Below are positions 29,698 through 39,788 of a DNA stretch of 64,000 nt, one piece after another. A program made the position numbers and the translations under genes. The first letter of the stretch is position 1. Each line of letters opens with the position of its first letter. The notes below the pieces were generated by a model. That model saw nothing but the letters and a program-made list of their open reading frames with translations. It was not told the DNA's origin and did no database searches. Source of the stretch: an uncultured Actinomycetes bacterium (GTDB lineage Bacteria > Actinomycetota > Acidimicrobiia > IMCC26256 > DASPTH01); contig CAWFGR010000008.1 of assembly GCA_963815405.1 (NCBI GenBank), forward strand, positions 384,316 through 448,315, written 5' to 3'.

Positions 29698-30884
29698 GTC
29701 GAGTGTCGGCGCGCGTCGCCGGGATCGCCGAGTCGGCGACCCTCGCGGTCGACGCGAAGGCGAAGGCCCTGAAGGCGGCGGGCCACGACGTGGTCGGCTT
29801 CGGTGCGGGAGAGCCCGACTTCCCGACGCCGGCCGCGATCGTCGAGGCCGCGGTCGAGGCATGCCGCGACCCGAAGAACCACCGCTACACGCCGACGCCC
29901 GGCCTCCCCGAGCTGCGGGAGGCGATCGCCGCGAAGACCGCGCGCGACTCCGGGCTCACGGTCACGGCATCACAGGTCCTCGTGACCAACGGCGGCAAGC
30001 ACGCGGTCTACAACACGTTCCAGGCGCTGCTCGACCCCGGCGACGAAGTCATCGTGCCGGCGCCGTACTGGACGACGTATCCCGAGGCGATCAAGCTCGC
30101 CGAGGGCGTGACCGTGGTCGTGTCGACCACGGAGGCCGACGGCTTCCTCGTCACCGTCGAGCAACTCGAGGCGGTGCGCACGCCGCGCACCAAGGTGCTG
30201 CTCTTCGTGTCGCCGAGCAACCCGACCGGCGCGGTGTACCCGCGCGAGGCGGTCGAGGCGATCGGCCGCTGGGCCGCCGAGCACGGGATCTGGGTCGTCA
30301 CCGACGAGATATACGAGCACCTCACGTACGGCGACCACGAGTTCACGTCGATGCCCGCGCTCGTGCCCGAGCTTGCCGGCACCTGCGTGATCCTCAACGG
30401 CGTCGCAAAGACGTACGCGATGACGGGCTGGCGCGTCGGCTGGATGATCGGCCCGCGCGACGTGATCGACGCGACCACGAATCTGCAGTCGCACCAGACG
30501 TCGAACGTGTCGAACGTCGCCCAGCGCGCCGCGCTCGCCGCGGTCAGCGGCGACCTCTCGGCCGTCGCCGAGATGCGCGCCGCTTTCGAACGGCGCGGGC
30601 GGGTGATGCACGAGATGCTCACGCGCATCCCCGGTGTGACCTGCCTGGAGCCGCAGGGTGCGTTCTACTGCTTCCCGAGCTTCGAGGGCGTGCTCGGTCG
30701 CGCGCTCGGCGGGCGCACGGTCGACGACACCTTGACCCTGTGCGAGGTCGTGCTCGAGGAGGCTCGCGTCGCGATCGTGCCGGGCGAGGCCTTCGGTGCT
30801 CCGGGCTACGCGCGCCTCTCGTTCGCGCTCGGTGAGGACGCCCTCGTCGACGGCATCGAACGGATCGCCAAGCTCCTCGCCTGA
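29694..30884 (+). CDS. Pyridoxal-phosphate-dependent aminotransferase (aspartate aminotransferase family)
   Basis: The GTG overlaps the helicase stop (GTGA). Class I aminotransferase motifs: [18 protein letters not shown]. Confidence 0.9.
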   Translation: MSRVSARVAGIAESATLAVDAKAKALKAAGHDVVGFGAGEPDFPTPAAIVEAAVEACRDPKNHRYTPTPGLPELREAIAAKTARDSGLTVTASQVLVTNGGKHAVYNTFQALLDPGDEVIVPAPYWTTYPEAIKLAEGVTVVVSTTEADGFLVTVEQLEAVRTPRTKVLLFVSPSNPTGAVYPREAVEAIGRWAAEHGIWVVTDEIYEHLTYGDHEFTSMPALVPELAGTCVILNGVAKTYAMTGWRVGWMIGPRDVIDATTNLQSHQTSNVSNVAQRAALAAVSGDLSAVAEMRAAFERRGRVMHEMLTRIPGVTCLEPQGAFYCFPSFEGVLGRALGGRTVDDTLTLCEVVLEEARVAIVPGEAFGAPGYARLSFALGEDALVDGIERIAKLLA

Positions 30885-30996
30885 GGGCGCGAGGTCAGTC
30901 GGTAGGCAAGTGGCAACCACGAGGGCGCCACGTCGGGCGATGGTGTGACCGTTGGACGTGCCGCGCGAAGAACGCGGTCGAACGCGAGGAGGGGTC

Positions 30997-31266
30997 ATGG
31001 CGCAGACTGCGGGTGGGCTGACCACCACGGCGGCTTTGCAACGGCCTTGGCCGTATGTAGGCGCGGTGGCGCTCTCATTGGTCACCACACCAGTGATCTT
31101 CACCGTGCCGCTGTTCTTGGGTGTCGTTGTTGGCGCCTTCGGCGCTCTTGGCGGCGTGTTCAGTAGGAGCGATCGTGGTCTGGCTCAAGGGTTCCGGGTG
31201 TTGTTTCTCGGCCTTGCGCTGCTCACTGGTCCGGCGTCGTACCTGCTGTTGGCTGTCGTCAACTAG
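30997..31266 (+). CDS. Small membrane protein (89 aa)
   Basis: ATG 30997 follows GAGGAGG. It has three hydrophobic helices and visibly lower GC than its neighbours. Confidence 0.5.
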   Translation: MAQTAGGLTTTAALQRPWPYVGAVALSLVTTPVIFTVPLFLGVVVGAFGALGGVFSRSDRGLAQGFRVLFLGLALLTGPASYLLLAVVN

Positions 31267-31392
31267 AACCGCGCCCGCGGCCTCCATCTCCGAATCCAGC
31301 GCAGGGACGAGGGACGCACCTTCCTGAGGCACGTTCCCCGGCGGGCCTACGGTTGTGATGCATGGGCGCACCGAACGGGGCAGAATGCCGGT

Positions 31393-32100
31393 ATGGCAGG
31401 GCAGCGAGTAAGAGCAGTCGCGCTGGGAGCAGCGGCCGTCGCCGCCGCGACTGTCGGGATCGTTGCAGTTGATGGCGACTCGTCGCCGAGCGCAGCGCCC
31501 GCCTCGTCCACGACCGTGACCACTACGACGACGAGGGCGACAGAGACGGCTCCACCGACGACAAGCCCGCCAACCACGGTCCCTCCGACGACCCAGCCGA
31601 CCACGTGTGCCATTCCCAGCGACGCGCGGCTTTCATGTTCCTCCCGCCTCGGCTATGCGGGGCTCGGACCGATCATGCTCGGCATGACCCTCGCGAAAGC
31701 CGAAGAGGTTGGACAGGTCACGTTCCGATCAACCGTCTGCGACAAGATCGTGGAACCCAAGCCGGGGAGCGCTCTGGAGCCGGTCAGCACCTCTTACGGG
31801 ATGAACGTTGGCGTCCAGGTCTGGGGCGGCGGCGCTGAGCCGATTGACGCGATCACCGTGCAGAACCCGGCTCTCTACACCATCTCGGGTGTGCACGTGG
31901 GCAGCACCTATGACGAGGTGCGCCGAACGTACCCCGACGCGGCAGAGGTCGACGACGCAAGTTCGACCCATCCGGGAAGCCTCACGATTAGGAACACCGA
32001 AGGCAGGACTCTCACGTTCTCTTTCGCTCAGGATCGGACCGTTGGGGTAATGAGCCTCGGACTCACGCCAGCGACGAGCGAGCAGCACAGCAGGTGCTAG
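31393..32100 (+). CDS. Secreted hypothetical protein with Thr/Pro-rich linker
   Basis: 235-aa ORF with an N-terminal hydrophobic signal, a TTVTTTTTRATETAPPTTSPPTTVPPTTQPTT linker and a Cys-containing globular domain. Confidence 0.55.
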   Translation: MAGQRVRAVALGAAAVAAATVGIVAVDGDSSPSAAPASSTTVTTTTTRATETAPPTTSPPTTVPPTTQPTTCAIPSDARLSCSSRLGYAGLGPIMLGMTLAKAEEVGQVTFRSTVCDKIVEPKPGSALEPVSTSYGMNVGVQVWGGGAEPIDAITVQNPALYTISGVHVGSTYDEVRRTYPDAAEVDDASSTHPGSLTIRNTEGRTLTFSFAQDRTVGVMSLGLTPATSEQHSRC

Positions 32101-32256
32101 GAGTCGTTCGCGCTGCCGTATGCCTGACGCCACGTTGCCCTCCGCGGCTTTGACCGAGCGCGCACCGTACACAGAAGCTGACCTGAATACCGGCGTCGGG
32201 GTGCCCATGCGCACTCGGTAGGGTGGCTCGAGGGCGTCGAGCGGGGGAGCAGGATC

Positions 32257-33277
32257 GTGCAACAGGACGAGGCCGTCGCGACGAGGGGTGGTGTCGACGC
32301 CGCCGTGACGGTGCGGGGGCTGGTCAAGCGGTACGGCGATGTGACCGCCGTTGACGGCATCGACTTCGACGTCGCACCGGGCGAGACCTTCGGGTTCCTC
32401 GGCCCCAACGGTGCGGGCAAGTCGACCACGATCTCGATTCTGTGCACGCTCACGGATCCCAACGGCGGGCTCGCGCGAGGTCGCCGGCTTCGACGTCGTG
32501 AAGCAGCGCGGCGAGGTGCGGCGCCGCATCGGTCTCGTGTTCCAGGACACGACGCTCGACCTCTACCTCACCGCCGAGCAGAACCTCCGCTTCCACGCCG
32601 ACCTCTATGGCGTGCCGCGCGCGGTGTTCGCCGATCGACTCCGCCAGGTGCTCGAGATGGTCGGCCTGTGGGAGCGACGCGCGAGCCGCGTCTCGACGTT
32701 CTCCGGCGGCATGAAGCGCAGGCTCGAGATCGCGCGTGGTCTGTTGCACTCGCCGCGCGTCCTGTTCCTCGACGAGCCGACCGTCGGGCTCGACCCGCAG
32801 ACCCGCAGGTCGATCTGGCGCTACATCCACGAGCTGCGCGAACGCGAGGAGATCACGATCTTCCTCACGACCCACTACATGGACGAAGCCGAGCACTGTG
32901 ACCGCATCGCGATCATGAACCATGGCCGGATCATCGTCCTCGACACCCCCGAGGCGCTCAAGGAGAGCGTGGGGAAGGACCGCGTGCAGATCGTCACCGA
33001 CGACGACGATGCGGCGATCGCCCAACTCCGGCAGCGTTTCGGCATCGATGCCGCGGTGCACGACGGCGCCGTCACGTTCGCGGTCCCGAACGGCGAGCAG
33101 TTCGTGCCGTCGCTGTTCGCGCAGTTCTCGGGCCGGATCAGGTCCGTGAGCGTCGCCCGGCCTTCGCTCGACGACGTCTTCCTCTCGTACACGGGGACGA
33201 CCATGAGCGACGCCGAAGCATCGGCCGGCGAGCGGTTGCGGGCGACACCGGTGCTGGCGGCGAGGATGCGGCGATGA
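32257..33277 (+). CDS. ABC transporter ATP-binding protein (DrrA-like; apparent frameshift at 32467-32469)
   Basis: Walker A GPNGAGKST, signature SGGMKRR, Walker B LFLDEPT. Track ORFs 32257.. and 32351.. join at a GGG run. Confidence 0.9.
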
Positions 33278-34152
33278 CGACCACGGCCAGCCGTCCGCAG
33301 CTCGAGGTCGCCGCCGTCCGGTTGCCCGATCGCGGTGGGCGCCACGAGCTCGGTGCGATCAAGGTGGTGTGGCAGCGCGAGCTCATCCGGTTCTCGCAGG
33401 ACCGCATCCGGATCGTCACCGCGCTCGACCCAGCCGATCCTCTTCATGTTCATCCTCGGGACCGGGCTGTCGTCGCTGACCCGGCACTCCACGGGCGGCG
33501 TGAGTCTGCGCACCTTCATGTTCCCCGGCGTGCTCGCGCTCGCCGTGCTGTTCACCGCGATGTTCTCGGCGATCTCGATCGTGTGGGACCGAGAGTTCGG
33601 GTTCCTCCGGGAGATGCTGGTGGCACCGGTACGGCGCAGCTCGATCATGATCGGCAAGTGCATTCGGTGGCGCGACGGTCGCCACGTTGCAGGGTTTGAT
33701 CGTCGTCGCGCTCGCTCCGCTCGTGCACGTGCCGTACGACGCCGTTGATGGTGCTGTCGCTCATCGGCGAGATGATGATCCTCGGCTTCACGATCACCGC
33801 GTTGGGCTTGGTGGTTGCCGCCCGGATCCGTCAGATTCAGGCGATGATGGGCCTCACGCAGATGGTGCTGATGCCGCTCATGTTCCTCTCGGGCGCGCTG
33901 TTCCCGATCTCGGGACTTCCCGGTTGGCTGCACGTGGCCGTGCGCATCAACCCGATCACCTACGCGGTGCAGCCGATGCGCTCGTCGGTCTTCTCCCACA
34001 TCTCCGCGTCGAAGGCCGCCGTCCATCGGTTGAACCCGCCACTGACGTGGTTCGGCACCCGAGTGCCGACGCTTGCACAGCTGGCGGTCGTCGTCCTCGC
34101 CGGTGTGCTGTTCCTCTGGCTCGCGATCCTCGAGTTCGACCACGCCGACTGA
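33274..34152 (+). CDS. ABC-2 type transporter permease (three apparent frameshifts)
   Basis: The ATG overlaps the ATPase stop. It is reconstructed from track ORFs 33274.., 33335.., 33687.. and 33745.., with frame changes near 33430, 33665 and 33743. The result is a continuous 6-TM permease. Confidence 0.8.
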
Positions 34153-34158
34153 GGGACG

Positions 34159-36221
34159 TCAGCTCCAGAGCGCGCTGACCTTCGCGTCGACGGTCGCCCG
34201 CAGGTCGATGGTGCGCGTTCCCGGCGCTCCGGTCGTGACCAGGTCGTCGACGTCGTGGGCGTCGGATGGCGCCGCCGTGTGGTCGAAGAGCGGCATCGTC
34301 TCGGGCGGCAGGAAGCGGGTGAGCTGCGCGTAGTTGTGCGCGTCGGAGCGGCCGTTGCGCTGGTGGAAGTACCGCAGCGGGAAGTACACCTCGAGGTGAT
34401 CGCGCTGCTCGCGTCGAGCGCGACGTAGAAGAGCCGTCGCTCCTCGTCGATCTCCTCGGTGTTGCGGGTCGCCATGTCCGACGGGAACATACCGTCGGCC
34501 GCGTGGATCACGTGGACGACATCCCACTCGCAGCCCTTCGCGGAGTGCACCGTCGAGAGCACGAGGAGGTCGTCGTCGAGCAGTGGGGGACCGGCGAGGT
34601 CGCTGGTGGCGGCCGGCGGATCGAGCACGAGATCCGCGACGAGCCGGGTGCGATCGGGATACGTCGCGGCGAGCGTCTCGAGCTCGTTGAAGTCGGCGCA
34701 GCGTGCGTCGGGATGGTCGTAGCGACGCCGCACCACCGGTTCCAGCACCTTGCGGAGCAACCCGACCTGCGCGGCCGGAGGTGGGGCGTCCCCGCCCGCG
34801 CAGGTCGCGAGCGCAGACGCGAGTGCATCGAGATCGCCGCGCGCAGAGGAGGGGACGCCGGTGAGGGCGCGCTCGAGACGCTGCAGGGGATCGACGGGAT
34901 CGGTCGACCGCGGCCGGATCCCCAACACCTCGAGCAGCCGCCGAGCCTTCGCCGGCCCGACGCCTTCGGGCCACTGCAACACGCGGAACCACGCCAGCTC
35001 GTCGTACGGGTTCTCGAGGATGCGCAACAACGCGACGAGGTCCTTGAGGTGCGCGGCTTCGAGGAACCGCAGACCGCCGTACTTCACGAAGGGGATGTTG
35101 CGGCGGGTGAGCGCGACCTCGAGCAGGTCGGAGTGGTGCGCGGCGCGGAACAGCACGGCCTGTTGCTGGAGCGCGACCCCGGTCTCGAAATGTTGCAGCA
35201 CGACGTCGCAGACCGTCTCGGCCTGGTGGGTCTCGTCGGCGCAGCTCCGGAGCTGGGGGAGACGGACGCCGTTGCGGCGCGTCCACAGCTCCTTCTCGTG
35301 ACGCTCGTTCGCCTGGGCCATCACCGCGTTCGACAACGTGAGGATCGGCGGCGTCGAGCGGTAGTTCTCCTCGAGCGCGACGACGGTCGTGCCCGGGAAC
35401 CGCGTGGGGAAGTCGAAGATGTTGCGCACGGTCGCGGCGCGGAAGCCGTAGATCGCCTGTGCGTCGTCGCCGACGACCATCACGCTCTCGGCTGCGACCG
35501 TCATGGCCTGCACGATCTCGGCCTGCACGACGTTCGTGTCCTGGTACTCGTCGACGAGCACGTGCTTGAACCGCTCGCACAACGAGCGCGCCAGCGACGG
35601 CTCTCGCGTCGCCGACCACCAATGGAGCAACAGGTCGTCGAAGTCGAGCATCTCCTGCGCGCGCTTGCGCTCGGTGTACGCGGTGAAGATCGCGCCGATC
35701 CGCTCGACGTCGTCGGTGCACCACGGGAACGCGTCGTCGAGCACTTCGCGCAACGGGCGTTGCTGGTTCACCATGCGCGAGTAGATCGACGCCAAGGTGC
35801 CTGCGTTCGGGAATCGGCGTGACGGCACGCCGTCGAGCACGTCGGTGCGGGCGAGGCCCATGAGCTCGGTGGCGTCGGCTTGATCGACCACGCTGAACGC
35901 GGTGAGCCCGAGCGCCGGGCCGTGCAGGCGGAGGAGTCGGACGGCGACCGCGTGGAACGTGCCGCCCCAGACCCGCCGCGCCGCACCGGGCTCGCTCAGC
36001 CGGCCGGCACGCTCGATCATCTCGGCCGAGGCGCGGCGGCTGAAGGTGAGGAGCAGGATCTCCTCAGGCCGTGCGCCCCGTTCGAGGAGCGCGGCGACGC
36101 GTGCGGCGAGCGTCATCGTCTTGCCGGTGCCCGCCCCGGCGACCACGAGGATCGGCCCACCGGCGTGGTCGACGACCCGTTCCTGTGCCGGATTGAGCTC
36201 CACGGCGGCCAGGGAAGTCAC
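34159..36221 (-). CDS. UvrD/Rep-family ATP-dependent DNA helicase (apparent frameshift near 34420)
   Basis: GTG 36221. Motifs: AGAGTGKT, VDEYQDTN, VGDDAQAIYGFR, NYRS, TVHSAKGCEWD. The C-terminal ~85 aa lie in track ORF 34159..35724. Confidence 0.85.
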
Positions 36222-36349
36222 CCCGCCACGTTAGCCGCGCCTCCGAACGTGCGTTCGAACACAAAGCGAGCGGATCTCAGAACCTGGCAGGGGACGCTGT
36301 CGGAGAGACGCGAGGACGCGCTTCTTGTCCTGATCCGATATTTCTCGGC

Positions 36350-36721
36350 GTGATGGCCAGTTCCGGGCGATCAGGGTCATACCCCTCGTGTTGGATGGGG
36401 TCAGGTTCGAGTTCACGGCGCATCTGGACGAGTTGCGGTGCCGGGACACGGCGTGGCTGGTGGCGCGGGATCGCGAGTTGGAGGCGTTGGAGTCGTTGCC
36501 GGAGCACCGGGCTGCAGGTCCATCACCTCGTTCCCCGCAGTTCGGTGGAGGCGACGACATCGCCAACCTCGCCGCAGTCTGCACCGGCGGCGGCACCGAC
36601 CACCACGCCCGACTCGTCCCCCACGGACCCTGGGCGCCGACGGGGAACCCGAACCAGCCCGACGGCCTCCGACTCACCACTCGACCAACACGACGCCCGC
36701 GCCGGACCAGACGCGCCATGA
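36350..36721 (+). pseudogene. Decayed C-terminal fragment of an HNH endonuclease (DUF222/13E12-type)
   Basis: The HNH core is spread over three frames within ~100 nt: PGC, QVHHLVPRS, GGGDDIANLAAVC..DHHARLV. The ~300-aa N-terminal DUF222 part is absent. Confidence 0.55.
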
Positions 36722-36815
36722 CGGCCCGCGACGGGATGAGCGGCGACTTCGGAGCGCGGACGGCCAAGGGTCGGTCGCAAACACTCGGAGGCATGCCCAC
36801 GTAGAGTCCCCAGCG

Positions 36816-38063
36816 ATGGCGGACCGAGAGTCGCGGTGGGCTGGCCGCGCGCCGGGGCCGTTGTCGCCGTTGCGCCATCCGCGGTTCGCGACGTTGTGGG
36901 GCTCGTGGGTCGTCTCCAACATCGGCTCGTGGATGCAGACGATCACGGTGCCATTCGTCGTCGACGACATCACCCATTCGACGACCTGGGTGGGGCTATC
37001 GGTCTTCGCGAGCCTCTTCCCCGTGTTCCTCGTGTCGCCGATCGCAGGGCCGATTGCCGACCGGTTCTCACGGCGGCGCATCGTGATCGGCGCGCAGGTG
37101 GTGATGTTGCTGGCCGCCGTGGGCTTGTGGCTTGTGAGCAGCACCGACACGCGGTCGCCGGGCCTCGTGCTCGCGCTCGTGGCGATCTCGGGTGTCGGCG
37201 TCGGGTTCACGTACGTCACGTGGCAGACGCTGATCCCGGATCTCGTGCCGCCCGAGGAGTTCCTCTCGGCCGTGCGGCTCAGTGTGACGCAACAGAACGC
37301 GGGGCGGGCGGTTGGTCCGGCGCTCGCCGCACTGGTGCTCCAGACGTTCGGCGCCTCGACCGCATTCATGGTGAACGCGCTCGTCGTTCCTCGGTGTGAT
37401 CGGCGCGCTGCTCGTGCTGCCGGAGGTCGCACGCGTGCCCGTCGAGCGGACGGGCGGCCTCGTTGCCGACTTCCGAGCCGGCATCACCTACGTCCGAGCT
37501 CGAGCCGCACTCGGGGTCATCATGATCGTGTTCGTCGCGTACTCGTTGCTCGGATCGGCGATGGTCCAGCTCGCCGAACCGCTGGCGCGGCATGTGCTGG
37601 CAACCAAGAGCGGATACGGGCTGATGGTGTCGGGGTTCGGCGTCGGCGGCCTTGTCGGCTCCGTCATCGGGGTGGGCTCCGGGACCGCATCCGTCGCTCG
37701 AGCCTGCTGCTCGTCGGTCTCGGGACGTTCGTGCTGGGCCAGATCGCGCTCGGCGCCGCGCCGTCGGTAGCGATCGCGACCGTCGCGATGACCCTCATGG
37801 GCGTCATGCACGTGCTCGTCGTGTTCGGCGTCACGACGACGCTCCAGTCGAACGCCAGCAATGACTACCGCGGGCGGGTCATGTCGCTCGTGCTCACCTT
37901 CGGGTTCTTCGCGCAGCCGGTCGGGGCGCTCCTCGGCGCGGTGATCGCCGGATGGGTGGGGCTGCGCGAGGCGATCGTCGGTGCCGCCCTGTGGCTCCTC
38001 GTGATCAACCTGGGACTCGCTGCTGCGCACCAAAGCCCTCGCTGCGGTCGACGACTCGCTATG
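36816..38063 (+). CDS. MFS transporter (EntS/MFS_3-like; at least two apparent frameshifts; 3' end uncertain)
   Basis: ATG 36816. TM helices run through track ORF 36438.. and track ORF 37396.., then return to the first frame, with changes near 37381 and at GGG 37681. No in-frame stop occurs before serA. A KALAAVDDSL-stop ending at ~38063 needs one more shift. Confidence 0.75.
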
Positions 38064-38141
38064 AGCAGCGCCAACGGTTTTCGAGACCAGCGGGCGTTTC
38101 GAGCACCGGTCGGCCCGGGGGCGCCGTCTAGCCTCGCGCCG

Positions 38142-39728
38142 ATGAATCCCCGAGTTCTCGTGACCGAGCAGCTGGCCGAGCGCGGCCTCGAATCGATGCG
38201 GGCCGCCGGGCTCGACGTCGACGTGCAGCTCGACCTGTCGCCCGCGCAGCTCCTGGAGGCGGTACCCGGTGCCGCCGCGCTCGTCGTGCGCAGCGCGACG
38301 CAGGTCACCGCAGACGTCGTCGAGGCGGGGAGCGAGCTCATCGTGGTGGGCCGTGCGGGCATCGGGCTCGACAACGTCGACGTCGAAGCGGCCACCAAGC
38401 GCGGCGTGATGGTCGTGAACGCGCCGCAGTCGAACGTGCTCTCCGCCGCGGAGCAGACGATCGCTCTGCTGCTTGCGCAGGCGCGCAACACGCCGCAAGC
38501 CGACCGAGACCTCAAGGGCGGCGCGTGGAACCGGTCGCGCTGGGAAGGCGTCGAGCTGCACGGCAAGACGCTCGGCATCGTGGGCCTGGGTCGTGTCGGT
38601 GTCCTCGTTGCCCAGCGGCTGCTCGCGTTCGGGATGCACCTGATGGCGTACGACCCGTACGTGAGCGCGGATCGTGCGCGCCAGCTCGGTGTCCAGCTCG
38701 TGGGCACGATCGAGGAGCTCGTGGCCGAGGCCGACTTCGTCACCATCCACCTCCCCAAGACGCCCGAGACCATCGGTCTGTTCGACGCCGCCCTGCTCGC
38801 GCGCGCCAAGCCCGGGATCCGGATCGTGAACACGGCGAGGGGTGGGATCATCGACGAGCAGGCACTCGCCGACGCGATCCGCAGCGGCCAGGTCGCGGGC
38901 GCGGCGCTCGACGTGTTCGCGAAGGAGCCGACGACCAACTCGCCGCTGTTCGGCCTCGACTCCGTCGTCGTGACGCCGCATCTCGGCGCGTCGACCGTCG
39001 AGGCACAGGACAAGGCGGGCCAGACGATCGCCGAGCAGGTGGTGCTCGCGCTCAAGGGCGAGTTCGTGCCGTTCGCCGTGAACCTCGCGGCGAAGGAAGC
39101 GAACGCGACCGTCCAGCCGTTCCTCCCGCTCGCCGAGCGCTTGGGGCGTCTGTTCACCGCGCTCGCCTGCGGTTTGGTCGAGACGCTCGAGGTGACCTAT
39201 GAGGGCCAGATCGCCGACTACGACTGCCGAGTGCTGACGCTCGCAGTGCTCAAGGGCATCCTCGGCCCCGTCACCGACGAGCCGGTCAGCTTCGTGAACG
39301 CGCCCCAGATCGCCGCGGACCGCGGGCTCGTCGTGCGCGAGACGACACAGTCCTCGGCTCGCGACTACGTCAACCTCATCGAGTTGCGCGGCCATACGAC
39401 GGATCGTTCGACCCACGTGGCCGGGACGCTCTACGGCAAGCAGGAGGCGCCGCGGATCGTCGCGATCGACGACCACCTCGTCGACCTCCCGCCGTCGAGC
39501 CACATGCTCGTGGTCCGCAACACCGACGTCCCCGGGATGATCGGCAAGGTCGGCACGATCCTTGGTGATGCCGGCATCAACATCAACGAGCTCGCGCTCG
39601 GCCGCAGCCCCGGCGGTGAGGTGTCGCTCCAGGCGATCTCGACCTCGACCCCCGTGCCCGCAGGCGTGGTCGAGCACCTCCGGAGCGAGCCGGGCATCGT
39701 CGACGCGCGACCGATCGAGCTCGACTGA
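38142..39728 (+). CDS. serA: D-3-phosphoglycerate dehydrogenase (long form with ASB and ACT domains)
   Basis: ATG 38142. Motifs: GIVGLGRVGVLVAQR NAD site, TPHLGAST. The C-terminal ACT segment is VVRNTDVPGMIGKVGTILG. Confidence 0.95.
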   Translation: MNPRVLVTEQLAERGLESMRAAGLDVDVQLDLSPAQLLEAVPGAAALVVRSATQVTADVVEAGSELIVVGRAGIGLDNVDVEAATKRGVMVVNAPQSNVLSAAEQTIALLLAQARNTPQADRDLKGGAWNRSRWEGVELHGKTLGIVGLGRVGVLVAQRLLAFGMHLMAYDPYVSADRARQLGVQLVGTIEELVAEADFVTIHLPKTPETIGLFDAALLARAKPGIRIVNTARGGIIDEQALADAIRSGQVAGAALDVFAKEPTTNSPLFGLDSVVVTPHLGASTVEAQDKAGQTIAEQVVLALKGEFVPFAVNLAAKEANATVQPFLPLAERLGRLFTALACGLVETLEVTYEGQIADYDCRVLTLAVLKGILGPVTDEPVSFVNAPQIAADRGLVVRETTQSSARDYVNLIELRGHTTDRSTHVAGTLYGKQEAPRIVAIDDHLVDLPPSSHMLVVRNTDVPGMIGKVGTILGDAGININELALGRSPGGEVSLQAISTSTPVPAGVVEHLRSEPGIVDARPIELD

Positions 39729-39736
39729 CGCCAGCT

Positions 39737-39762
39737 CGCTGATCTCTGATCTCCGATCAGCG
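39737..39762 (+). terminator. Hairpin downstream of serA (8-bp stem CGCTGATC/GATCAGCG, no T tract)
   Basis: The inverted repeat is read directly. The absence of a U tract makes its function uncertain. Confidence 0.3.
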
Positions 39763-39788
39763 GCGCGCCGCGCTCGTAGGCTGCGCGC

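Noticed and set aside
36438-39728. 1096-aa plus-strand ORF as an HNH-MFS-SerA fusion protein
   Set aside because: It concatenates an HNH remnant, a frameshifted MFS gene and serA only because no stop happens to fall in that frame. Each part has its own start context and domain boundaries.
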